From NCBI GenBank assembly GCA_963733195.1, contig CAVTCR010000081.1, forward strand, positions 153,396 through 217,395: a DNA stretch of 64,000 nucleotides. The letters are read 5' to 3'. This DNA is from an uncultured delta proteobacterium. Lineage in GTDB: Bacteria > Desulfobacterota > Binatia > Bin18. The notes under the pieces were generated by a model. It made no database searches, was not told where the DNA came from, and was given only the letters and a program-made list of their open reading frames with translations. How positions within the stretch are numbered: the stretch's first letter is position 1; the number at the start of each line of letters is the position of its first letter. Made by a program: the position numbers and the translations under genes. Below are positions 34,020 to 43,481 of the stretch, in pieces.

Positions 34020-35387
34020 ATGCCACTCGGACAGACTATAGAAGCTGAGACCAAGGAGGTGCGCGAAGCCACTGCGCCGCTCCACGCTCCACTCTCCGAT
34101 CGTAAGCCTTTCTTTTCCCTGCCATACGAACTCTTCGTGAGCCTTCGTTACTTGCGAGCGAAGCGCCGTGAACGGTTCATCTCGCTGATTACGTTTTTCT
34201 CTACGCTGGGAGTGCTGCTAGGGGTGATGACGCTTAACATCGTTCTCGCGGTCATGACTGGTTTTGAAGAAGACTTGCGCAATCGTATTCTGGGCTTTAA
34301 CCCTCATGTCCTCGTCTCGAGCTATAGCAACACGATTACTAACTACAAGCCTGCGGTTGAGAAAGCAAAGCAGGTACCGGGAGTCATTGCTGCGACTCCT
34401 GTTGTGTATGGCCAGGTGATGGTTAGCTCGCGTCAGCGCGTATCCGGTGTTGTCGTGCGCGCAGTCGAGCCAGAACTCGCCAGCTCAGTCGTGAACGTTG
34501 TTGCCCACGTCGGAGTCGGCACCTTGGACGATCTCGGGAAAGAACGAGACATCACCATTAGTGAAGAAGGAGAAATGCGCAGCGTGCGTCTCTCTGGGGT
34601 CGTCATCGGTGAAGAGCTACGAAAGCAACTGGAAGTGGAAGTTGGTGAACCGATCAGCCTCGTGTCTCCGTTACAGACGACTCCTGGGCCACTTGGGATG
34701 GTGCCAAAGGTAAAACGTTTCTTTGTTGCTGCTGCATTTAAGTCTGGGATGGTCGATTATGACGGCACGCTGATTTACATGGGGCTGGCTGACGCGCAGA
34801 AGTTTTTTGCGATCGGCGACCAGGTCACTGGTATCGAAGTACGAGTCCAGGACCCCTACAACGCACCAGAAGTGGCGAACGTGTTACAGTCGCAGCTCGG
34901 CATTCCCTATACAGCGCGTGACTGGACGAAGATCAACAGTAACATCTTTGTTGCGTTGAAACTGGAGAAGTTCGTTTACTCGCTTGTGATTCTACTTATC
35001 GTGCTGGTGGCTGCGTTCAACATCATTGCCACGCTGATTATGGTGGTGATGGAAAAGCGCAAAGATATTGCTGTGCTCAAGTCGATTGGCGCAACCAGCA
35101 AATCCATTAGTCGCATCTTTATTTTCAAAGGATTCGTGATCGGTGCGATTGGTGCGCTCTTGGGCACTGTGTGTGGCTATGGTGTGTGTTGGATGATGCA
35201 GGAGGGATACATTCGTGTGCCATTGCCTCCCGATGTGTTTTACGTCAATACCGTGCCGATCAAAATCTACTCAGAGAATTTTCTCCTGGTCGGAGCCGCA
35301 GCGTTGCTCATCTGTTTGCTTGCCACCATTTATCCTGCACGCCAAGCTGCGAAACTCTCACCGGTAGAAGTGATCCGCTATGAGTAA
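34020..35387 (+). CDS. lolC: Lipoprotein-releasing ABC transporter permease LolC/E
   Basis: RYLRAKR...FISLI, VMTGFE, VAAFNI..L.M.V.EK..DIA and ATIYPA..AA.L.PVE.IRYE motifs. Confidence 0.9.
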   Translation: MPLGQTIEAETKEVREATAPLHAPLSDRKPFFSLPYELFVSLRYLRAKRRERFISLITFFSTLGVLLGVMTLNIVLAVMTGFEEDLRNRILGFNPHVLVSSYSNTITNYKPAVEKAKQVPGVIAATPVVYGQVMVSSRQRVSGVVVRAVEPELASSVVNVVAHVGVGTLDDLGKERDITISEEGEMRSVRLSGVVIGEELRKQLEVEVGEPISLVSPLQTTPGPLGMVPKVKRFFVAAAFKSGMVDYDGTLIYMGLADAQKFFAIGDQVTGIEVRVQDPYNAPEVANVLQSQLGIPYTARDWTKINSNIFVALKLEKFVYSLVILLIVLVAAFNIIATLIMVVMEKRKDIAVLKSIGATSKSISRIFIFKGFVIGAIGALLGTVCGYGVCWMMQEGYIRVPLPPDVFYVNTVPIKIYSENFLLVGAAALLICLLATIYPARQAAKLSPVEVIRYE

Positions 35388-35512
35388 GTTCAAAGTTTAA
35401 AGATTAATGAACGTGAACGATGAATAGCAAAGGAAGAAAGGTTAGAGCGACAGTTTTTTTCTCGTTCTTTTTCTCTCACTGACTACTGAATGCTGACAAC
35501 TGATGACTACTT
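35383..35512. repeat. Degenerate heptamer tandem array between lolC/E and lolD
   Basis: TAAGTTC AAAGTTT AAAGATT ... ACTGACT ACTGAAT GCTGACA ACTGATG ACTACT. Confidence 0.7.
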
Positions 35513-35519
35513 CAGCTCT

Positions 35520-36218
35520 ATGTCTGAAGTCCTGATCCGTGCTGAACAGATAGGCAAAAGCTACGGCGACGGCGAGCATGTCGTCCGCGTGTTTGCCGAG
35601 TTAGATCTGACTATCCACCGACGTGAGCGGGTAGCGATTATCGGCGAGTCAGGGGTGGGGAAGAGTACGCTGCTGCATATTCTTGGGACCTTGGATCGAC
35701 CCAGCGAAGGGAAGGTTTTTCTCGATGGGCAGGACTTTTTCGCGCTTCCAGAACCCGAGCTTGCGTCACTGCGCAACCGCGAGATCGGTTTTATCTTTCA
35801 GTTTCATCATCTTATGCCGGACTTCACCGCGCTTGAGAACGTGATGATGCCGACCCTCGTCGCTGGGGCAAGTTGGCCGGAGGCACGGAAACGGGCGACC
35901 GAAATGCTCCAGCGAGTAGGGCTGGCTGACCGCGTGACGCATCGTCCGGGAGAACTCTCAGGTGGTGAGCAACAGCGTGTTGCAGTTGCTCGTGCATTGG
36001 TGTTGCGGCCTCGTCTCATCCTTGCCGACGAGCCAACAGGAAATCTTGATCCGGCGACCGGTGAGAGCGTGTTGCGGTTGCTGCTCTCGCTCAATCATGA
36101 ACTCGGGGTGACGATGGTGATTGTCACTCATAGTGAAAAACTTGCCGCGGCTATGGACCGAACGTTGCGGTTGACCGGTGGCACCCTCGTTGATGTGACG
36201 GCGACGCATCATCAATAG
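35520..36218 (+). CDS. lolD: Lipoprotein-releasing ABC transporter ATPase LolD
   Basis: GESGVGKST, FQFHHL.PDF, LSGGEQQRVA and ADEPTGNLD motifs. Confidence 0.92.
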   Translation: MSEVLIRAEQIGKSYGDGEHVVRVFAELDLTIHRRERVAIIGESGVGKSTLLHILGTLDRPSEGKVFLDGQDFFALPEPELASLRNREIGFIFQFHHLMPDFTALENVMMPTLVAGASWPEARKRATEMLQRVGLADRVTHRPGELSGGEQQRVAVARALVLRPRLILADEPTGNLDPATGESVLRLLLSLNHELGVTMVIVTHSEKLAAAMDRTLRLTGGTLVDVTATHHQ

Positions 36219-36264
36219 TGACGCTCCGGTGGAACGTCACGACCAAGGGGCGTCTGTTCCAATA

Positions 36265-37710
36265 CTATCGCACCACCTGATTCGTTGGTGCAGCCGGCGG
36301 TGCAGTTGGCGTCAGAGTTCCTATCGTCTTGAATCCTGCCATGATCTTCCATCCTGGGTTCGTAGAATTCGTTTCCCTTTCGTATGCTCCAACATCGAAG
36401 GGACCGGTGCGTGTTGTGTCATTAAAATCCGTGGGCGCGACCAAATTCGTATCAGCTTTGCCGAGAAGGATCGAGGTGGCAGGAGGCCAGAAATTGAACT
36501 GGGCTGGATCGGTAAAGGCAGCCGTAGCAGCTCCACCGGAGAGGAATGCGTTATTGTCGATCGTCACTCCGATCAGGCCGCCTGTTACGTAGTTTGCTCG
36601 GACCGTGATTCCCGCTCGACTTAATCCGGTAGCGTTGACAGCGGTTTTTTCCGGGCAGTAGCTTGCGTTATTCGCCAACACCCCATTACTGACGGTGTCC
36701 CAGTGGATGAGGAAACACTCTGAGCCCCCATAGATGGTGTTGTTCACGATCGTGAGGTTTTTCTTGATAGCAACTGCATTGTGAGGATAGGAAGAAAGCC
36801 CCTGATCAGAGTTCACAATAATATTGTTGCGCACGATCGCATCAGACACGGCAAAGATTCCTTCGCCGCAATTCCACATGCTGTTTCCTTCAACGATATT
36901 GGCTGCCGCACCACCTCCATAGACGAAAATGCAGGGATAGCGCTTGCCAATGGTCGTGTCATGGATCACGTTATCTCGGATGATGTTGCCGGATGAGCCA
37001 ACTTTGACCTCAATGCCGTCGTTGCCGCCGCCGCTAGTGGCGCGGAGATGATGAATATAGTTGTCCTCGATGAAACTATTGGTGACTTGGCACGAGCCAT
37101 CGTGACACCCTAAATATATACCCTCTCCTTCGGTAGAGTCTGCTGTGCTTAACCCTGTATGGTGGATATGGTTCCGACGAATAATGAGGGAGTCGGCACT
37201 GGCACTGTTGACCGGAATCGCGTTATTCAGCGTCTCAAATATCTCACAGTCTTCGATCGTGACATGATGGCCGCCTATGATACGGACACCAGAATTTCCT
37301 CCCTGGAAACGCAGACCGCGAATGACAAGATGTGATGAGCGGTCGATTTCAAGGTTGTTCTGTTGGGTGCTACTGGCTGCTGTCCGGAGCAGGAGTGGCC
37401 GCTCCCCAGCAGCAGCACGAATAATAATGGGATTTGCCTCCGTACCATTCACCGAGATCGCACGGCGACAGCTCTGGGAGTACGTGCCATCGTGTAAAAC
37501 CAATTCGTCCCCAGGCTCCAGTGAATTGGCAACATTCTCAAACTGCTCGTCGCAAGTTGCGGTCGTCGGCGGGAAAATTTCGATAACAGCAGCGTCCCCT
37601 TGCTTTAAGGCAATAAGGAGCCAGGTTGTGAGACACATGACAAGCTGATAGGTGCGAAGGTGAAACAAATGCAGCCAAGAGTGTCGGTGACGAGGTGGTC
37701 GTTGTCTCAT
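36265..37710 (-). CDS. Secreted right-handed parallel beta-helix protein (pectin lyase-like)
   Basis: PGDELVL.DG.Y, repeated I..N.IH units, GEGIYLG, DGIEVK and D.GAYE motifs; signal-like N-terminus. Confidence 0.8.
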   Translation of the reverse strand: MRQRPPRHRHSWLHLFHLRTYQLVMCLTTWLLIALKQGDAAVIEIFPPTTATCDEQFENVANSLEPGDELVLHDGTYSQSCRRAISVNGTEANPIIIRAAAGERPLLLRTAASSTQQNNLEIDRSSHLVIRGLRFQGGNSGVRIIGGHHVTIEDCEIFETLNNAIPVNSASADSLIIRRNHIHHTGLSTADSTEGEGIYLGCHDGSCQVTNSFIEDNYIHHLRATSGGGNDGIEVKVGSSGNIIRDNVIHDTTIGKRYPCIFVYGGGAAANIVEGNSMWNCGEGIFAVSDAIVRNNIIVNSDQGLSSYPHNAVAIKKNLTIVNNTIYGGSECFLIHWDTVSNGVLANNASYCPEKTAVNATGLSRAGITVRANYVTGGLIGVTIDNNAFLSGGAATAAFTDPAQFNFWPPATSILLGKADTNLVAPTDFNDTTRTGPFDVGAYERETNSTNPGWKIMAGFKTIGTLTPTAPPAAPTNQVVR

Positions 37711-37851
37711 GTGATCGTCCCCCTTGAAGGTTCTGCAATGATGTAGCACTTGATGATAGAACCGTCTGTCCCTAGTAGCGTAACGGGATTTGCTACGCGA
37801 TCCTAATGCGGCGATGGTAGTGGTTCAGTGTGGCCGACAACGCTACGAGCC

Positions 37852-38003
37852 TGTCATTCTGAACGGAGCCCTTCGACAGAGCCTGTCCTCCTGCGCATCC
37901 TGAGCTTGACGAAGGACTCAGGATAAACTCTGCGAAGTGAAGAATCTCTCCCCTCCGCGCTCTAGCCCGAGAGATTCTTCGTCGCGGGACTCCTCAGAAT
38001 GAC
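37852..38003. repeat. Nested palindromic REP/MITE-like element
   Basis: GTCATTCTGA...TCAGAATGAC ends, inner GAAGAATCTCT/AGAGATTCTTC pair, and an inserted CCTTCGAC...TCCTGAG/CTCAGGA element. Confidence 0.65.
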
Positions 38004-38132
38004 GCGGATTGTGCAAGTTTCTGCTTGACCTGGAAAGGGGAACTGAACCGCTACCAAGGCGATCGGCGACTTTACAATGAGAGGAGATTCTGTTACGGAA
38101 ATTCCGACCTTTGTGAAAGAAGTACCCTACTT

Positions 38133-40668
38133 ATGATGCGCACGATCTGGGTGGTGAGTGCGGCCTTCCTGCTTTTCTTCAATCAAGCACAGGCTGATGA
38201 TCTTAAAGCGAAGAGCCCTTCTGGGGGATCCCAGACGATTGAGAACGCGCCTCTACCAACCTCCCCGACTTCTTCGTCGACAGAAACCAAGCTCGCTATC
38301 AGTCAAATTCTGATCGGTGGTAACGACCGGGTCGAAGAGGAAGCCATTCGAGTCTATATCAAAAGTATGATTGGCGAGCCGTTAGATGAAGAGCAAGTCG
38401 ATCGTGACATCCGGGCGATCTATAATATGGGATTCTTCAGAAATGTTGAGGCTCGGGTCACAGAAGAAAAAGGTCGCACGGTATTAACCTATTGGGTAAG
38501 TGAACGCCCGCTTCTCCGTGAAGTGCGTATCGAAGGACAGAAGGTGCTATCAAAGGACGACATTGAGAATAAGCTCAAGGTACATCCGCGGACGATTCTC
38601 AACCCCGTCAAGATCCGTCGTGGAGTTGAGGAGGTGAAGAAAGAGTACGAAAAGAAAGGCCATCTTGATGCGGACATCACCTATCGGACAGAACAGACGG
38701 AATCCGGAGAGGTCATTCTGACCTTTACGGTGACAGAAAATGAACGGATCAAAATCAAAGATCTTCTTTTCGAGGGGAACAAGGCGTTTACTGGCTCTCA
38801 ACTCAGCTCCGTCATCCAAACACGGAAGAAGAATTTCCTGTCCCGGTTCATGAATACCGGAGTGTTGAATAACGACGCCCTGAAGACTGATGTCGAGCGG
38901 ATTACTGCTTTTTATTATGACAACGGCTATATTAACGTGCGGGTGGGTGAGCCAAGAATTGAGAGAAAAGAAGACGGATTGTATGTCACTGTCCGTATAG
39001 ATGAGGGAGAGCAGTTCTCTATTGGGGAGATTGGGTTTCTTGGCGAAGTTCCAGGCGGGGAAGAAGAAGCCAGGCGCCGTGTTGCCTTGGAGAAGGGGAA
39101 GACGTTTAAGGCAAGTATGTTGCGCGATGACGTATTCCGTCTGACAGGATATTTCAGTGACCAAGGATATGCCTTTGTTAACGTCGAACCTGAGACGGGC
39201 GTGCACATGGAAACGAAGACGGTTGATATCAATTATCGAGTAGATAAAGGACCAGAAGTGTATGTCGATCGCGTCGAGATTGCCGGGAACACCAAGACAC
39301 GAGATAAAGTCATTCGACGCGAACTACGCGTTGAGGAACAAGGGCTGTTTTCTGCTTCTGGATTACAGGTGAGCAAAGAGCGAGTCCAGCGTTTGGGGTT
39401 CTTTGAAGATGTAAACGTGGCAACGCAGCGTGGTACACGCAACGATCTACTCAACGTGCTGGTGGATGTGAAAGAGGCACAAACCGGTTCTTTCAGTGTT
39501 GGTGCGGGATTTAACTCTTCGACGAGTATCATTGGCAGCGCGCGAATACAGGAAAACAATCTGTTCGGTCGAGGGCAGCAGTTGGTTCTTGGAGTAAGCC
39601 TTGGGACGCAGTACCAGAACTCGACGATTAGTTTCTATGACAACTATTTTCTTGATACACGCGTGTCCTTTGGCGCCAATCTCTTTGATTGGGAGTTTGC
39701 CTTTGAAGACTTTGATCGTGCTGGGACGGGCGGTGGGCTCCGTCTATCGTATCCCATAGCGGCCGCACTGGGGTATGAGTCGTTGTGGGGCTACACCCTT
39801 GAGGATGTTCATTTAGGAATGAACTACCAGTGGGAGCGTGCCCGTATTTCCAATTTCGACCAGATTACTCCGGCAGCGATTCGTGCGGAGCGTGGAACGA
39901 AAACCACAGGTGTGATTAGTCCTACACTTCTCCGGAATACGCTGAACCATCCGATGGATCCGACATCTGGATCCTACCAGAGTTTTTCGCTTAGCTTTGC
40001 TGGTGTTGGGGGTGAGGTGAATTACCAGAAAGCCGAGCTAGAAGCGCGTTATTTCATTCCTGTCTATCGAAGCCCCAGATGGGGGCAATTTACCTGGATG
40101 ACCGGTGGTTTCTTCGGCGTATGGCGTCGGTGATATCGACTTCGTGGAAGAGAACCATATCGGTACGGACCGCCCCCGTATCTTAAAAGATGATGTACCG
40201 CTATTCGATCGCTATTTCCCGGGCGGTATTAATTCGATCCGTGGCTTTGGCGAACGGAGCTTGGGGCCGCGTGAGGATGTGACAGTGACAGTCACAAACA
40301 ATGACGGAACGCAGAAAAGGAAAACCTATCATCGGCCGATCGGTGGGAGTGAAGAGTTGATCTTTAATAATGAAATCTCGTTTCCCATCGTCCAACAGCT
40401 CAATCTAAAGGGAGTCGTGTTTTCGGATGTGGGGAATGCGTTTACCCATGAACACGGCTTCGACTTTAACGATCTTCGCTATTCTGTGGGAGCGGGCATT
40501 CGTTGGCGCTCTCCCTTCGGCCCGATTCGTATAGAACTGGGCAAGGCCTTGAACGCGAAGAAGGATGAACGTACGAGTACGTTGCACTTTTCCTTCGGCG
40601 GTTTTGGCATCGGGCAGGGTGGTGGGCGCTACTTTGGCGGCGGTGGGGGTGGGATGTCACCATTTTAA
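38133..40668 (+). CDS. bamA: Outer membrane protein assembly factor BamA (frameshift near 40.12 kb)
   Basis: POTRA repeats (GN.KTRDKVIRRE), IRGF motif and G.G.RW.SPFGPIR. Confidence 0.93.
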
Positions 40669-40746
40669 TTCACGCGGTGCAACCCATCATTTATGGATAA
40701 TGTGGCCTTTCAGAAGAAGGTCAACGTCTTATAGGGAGAATGAAGC

Positions 40747-41313
40747 ATGCGCAAAGGTATTCCTCTGTTTATCTTTTCAAGCCTATTTCTGCTTGCACCT
40801 CTGACTATTTATGCGGAAGAGATCAAACTTGGTTATGTCGATTTACAGAGAGCTCTGAATGATTCAGAGGCGGGAAAGACCGCGAAAGAGAAATTCAAAG
40901 GGGAAGTGGATAAAGCTGAGCAATCCCTGGAGAAGCGGAAGAATGAGGTGGAGAAGCTCAAGGAAGAGCTTGAGAAGAAAGGGCTTTTACTTAACGAGGA
41001 ACAACGCGATGCACTCGAACGTGACTATCGCGACAAGTTGGGAGAATTCGAGCGGGTGTACAAAAACTTGCAACAAGAGCTGCAAATCAGAGATCGTCAA
41101 CTGACTGGACGTATCCTCGAAGACCTTCGTCAAGTGGTTCAAGGTATCGGTGAGCAAGGAAGCTACACGGTGATCCTCGAAGGAAACAACACAGTCGTGT
41201 TGTATGGCGCCAAGGCGATCGACCTGACCGACACGATTATCAAAGCCTATAACCAGAGGGGGACAAAAGTGTCCCAAAGCCCTGCGCCTGCGAAGAAAGC
41301 AGCGGCCAATTAG
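40747..41313 (+). CDS. skp: Periplasmic chaperone Skp/OmpH
   Basis: Signal peptide, KLGYVDLQRAL..S..GK, coiled coil and DLTD..I..YN. Confidence 0.9.
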   Translation: MRKGIPLFIFSSLFLLAPLTIYAEEIKLGYVDLQRALNDSEAGKTAKEKFKGEVDKAEQSLEKRKNEVEKLKEELEKKGLLLNEEQRDALERDYRDKLGEFERVYKNLQQELQIRDRQLTGRILEDLRQVVQGIGEQGSYTVILEGNNTVVLYGAKAIDLTDTIIKAYNQRGTKVSQSPAPAKKAAAN

Positions 41314-41319
41314 CACGGT

Positions 41320-41778
41320 ATGGACTCCATCGAGGTTGCCGCAATTCTTCCTCACCGGTACCCATTTTTATTTGTTGACCGGGTTGTGGAGGTGGAAGTG
41401 GGGAAACGGATTGTGGCGATCAAGAACGTCACTGTGAACGAGCCGTTCTTTACCGGCCACTTTCCTGGCCACCCAATCATGCCTGGAGTGCTACTCTGTG
41501 AGGCCGTTGTGCAAACGGGAGGGATTCTTGCTCGCTTGACCTCGGCAGAGGTTGACGACCAGGCACAAGTATTGGCGATGCTCACGTCGCTCGACCGGGT
41601 GCGTTTTCGCCAACAGGTCACACCTGGTGATCAGCTGCGATTAGAGGTCGAGACCGTGCGGCGACGTGGGTCGTTCTGGAAAATGCGTGGGACTGCACAG
41701 GTTGATGGGAAGACAGCAGCAGAGTTAGAATTCACGGTGGTATTCGAAGTCGACCGACACCAGGAGGCGCGTTCGTGA
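41320..41778 (+). CDS. fabZ: 3-hydroxyacyl-ACP dehydratase FabZ
   Basis: [10 protein letters not shown] and KNVT.NEPFF.GHFP..PIMPGVL motifs. Confidence 0.96.
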   Translation: MDSIEVAAILPHRYPFLFVDRVVEVEVGKRIVAIKNVTVNEPFFTGHFPGHPIMPGVLLCEAVVQTGGILARLTSAEVDDQAQVLAMLTSLDRVRFRQQVTPGDQLRLEVETVRRRGSFWKMRGTAQVDGKTAAELEFTVVFEVDRHQEARS

Positions 41779-42605
41779 CGCGTGCCGCGTCGTTGATCCA
41801 TCCCTTAGCCGTGGTTGCGCCAGGTGCCCGGCTTGGAGCCGGTGTTGAAATCGGGCCGTACGCGGTCATTGGTCCCCATGTCATAATTGGCGAGAAGACC
41901 TGGGTCGGCCCGCATACGGTGATCGAAGGGCGCACGACGATCGGTCGCGAGAATCGCATTTTCCAGTTTGCCAGTGTTGGCGCTATTCCCCAGGACAAGA
42001 AATATCGCGGGGAAGAGAGCCAATTGATCATTGGCGATCATAACGCCATCCGTGAGTTTGCTACCCTCCACACTGGTACCACCGGCGGCGGTATGGTGAC
42101 ACGCATTGGTAATCACAATCTTTTAATGAATTACTCCCACGTCGCCCACGATTGTCAGATTGGTGACCAAGTTGTGCTTGCCAATGGAGCGACGCTTGCT
42201 GGACATGTGACGATCGAGAACTATGTGACCGTGGGCGGGCTGGTCGCGATCCATCAATTTACTCGGATTGGTGAGTCGGCACTGCTCGCTGGTGGTGCGA
42301 TGGTGTCACAAGATGTGCTTCCGTATTGTATAGCGACGGGAGATCGTGCGCACCTTAATGGGCTGAACCTCATTGGTTTAAAACGGAGAGGATTTGCGGC
42401 TGAAGAGATTACCGTACTGAAGAAAGCCTATCGGACGCTCTTTGCTGAAGGCCTCCCTCTCAAAGAGGCGATTTTCCGCCTGCGCGAGGAACATGACACT
42501 TCGGCTGTCATTGCTCATCTCGCCGAGTTCCTTGCCGATTCACAACGCGGGGTTTGCCGTCCGCGTGGAAATGCTGACCCCGACGGTGGGGAAGAGTCGC
42601 TGTAG
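41775..42605 (+). CDS. lpxA: UDP-N-acetylglucosamine acyltransferase LpxA
   Basis: Hexapeptide repeats, PQD.KY.GE, HVAHDC and [11 protein letters not shown] motifs. Confidence 0.96.
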   Translation: MTRAASLIHPLAVVAPGARLGAGVEIGPYAVIGPHVIIGEKTWVGPHTVIEGRTTIGRENRIFQFASVGAIPQDKKYRGEESQLIIGDHNAIREFATLHTGTTGGGMVTRIGNHNLLMNYSHVAHDCQIGDQVVLANGATLAGHVTIENYVTVGGLVAIHQFTRIGESALLAGGAMVSQDVLPYCIATGDRAHLNGLNLIGLKRRGFAAEEITVLKKAYRTLFAEGLPLKEAIFRLREEHDTSAVIAHLAEFLADSQRGVCRPRGNADPDGGEESL

Positions 42606-42622
42606 TTCGTCAGTGAGAACCT

Positions 42623-43444
42623 ATGGCACGCCTGGGATTGATTGCGGGGAACGGGCGGTTTCCCCTCATCTTTACCGAAGCCGCGCAGGCTGAAGGAGTC
42701 GAGATTATTGCGGTTGCTCATGAAGGGGAAACACCAACCGAGATCGCGACCTTGGTGCCCTCGGTAACATGGATTCATGTTGGGGAACTCGGCAAGATGC
42801 TCGACACATTTCATCATGCTGGCATTACACAAGCCGTCATGGCCGGTGGAATTAGCAAAGCTGGCGCCTTCGCCCATTTTCAGCCAGATGCACGAGGCCT
42901 GGCGTTCATTAGTCGCTTGTCGAGTCTCAAGGATGATGTCATTCTCCGAGGCGTTGCCCAAGAACTAGAAAGCGAAGGCATTGCGGTGGTTGAATCAACA
43001 CAGTTTCTGTCTTCGCTCCTACCACACGATGGGACGCTCACGACGACAGAACCCCATGCACAGCAATGGGACGATATTCGCTTTGGCTTTACCGTGGCGA
43101 AAGAAATTGGCCGCTGGGATATCGGGCAGAGTGTCGTCATCAAACGTGGAACAGTGCTCGCGGTCGAAGGGGTTGAAGGGACGAATGCGACGATTCGTCG
43201 CGGGGGAACTCTTGGTGGGGCAGGAACGGTTATTGTGAAAGTAAGCAAGCCACAGCAAGATTTGCGCTTCGATGTGCCTGCGGTGGGACCAGAAACTATC
43301 GCGGTGATGCAAGAGGTCAAAGCTGCCGTCCTCGCCATCGAGACAGGGAAGACGCTCATGCTTGATAAGCCGCTCTTTCTTCAAACGGCAAATGCAGCGG
43401 CAATCGGGGTTGTCGCACTGACTGAGGTCAACAGAAGCGCTTGA
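42623..43444 (+). CDS. lpxI: UDP-2,3-diacylglucosamine diphosphatase LpxI
   Basis: LGLIAG.G.FP, DIGQSVV, AVEG.EGT and KP.QDLRFDVP.VG motifs. Confidence 0.93.
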   Translation: MARLGLIAGNGRFPLIFTEAAQAEGVEIIAVAHEGETPTEIATLVPSVTWIHVGELGKMLDTFHHAGITQAVMAGGISKAGAFAHFQPDARGLAFISRLSSLKDDVILRGVAQELESEGIAVVESTQFLSSLLPHDGTLTTTEPHAQQWDDIRFGFTVAKEIGRWDIGQSVVIKRGTVLAVEGVEGTNATIRRGGTLGGAGTVIVKVSKPQQDLRFDVPAVGPETIAVMQEVKAAVLAIETGKTLMLDKPLFLQTANAAAIGVVALTEVNRSA

Positions 43445-43481
43445 TAAACACGTGCTGGTAGAAAGCACGGGCAGGACATGT

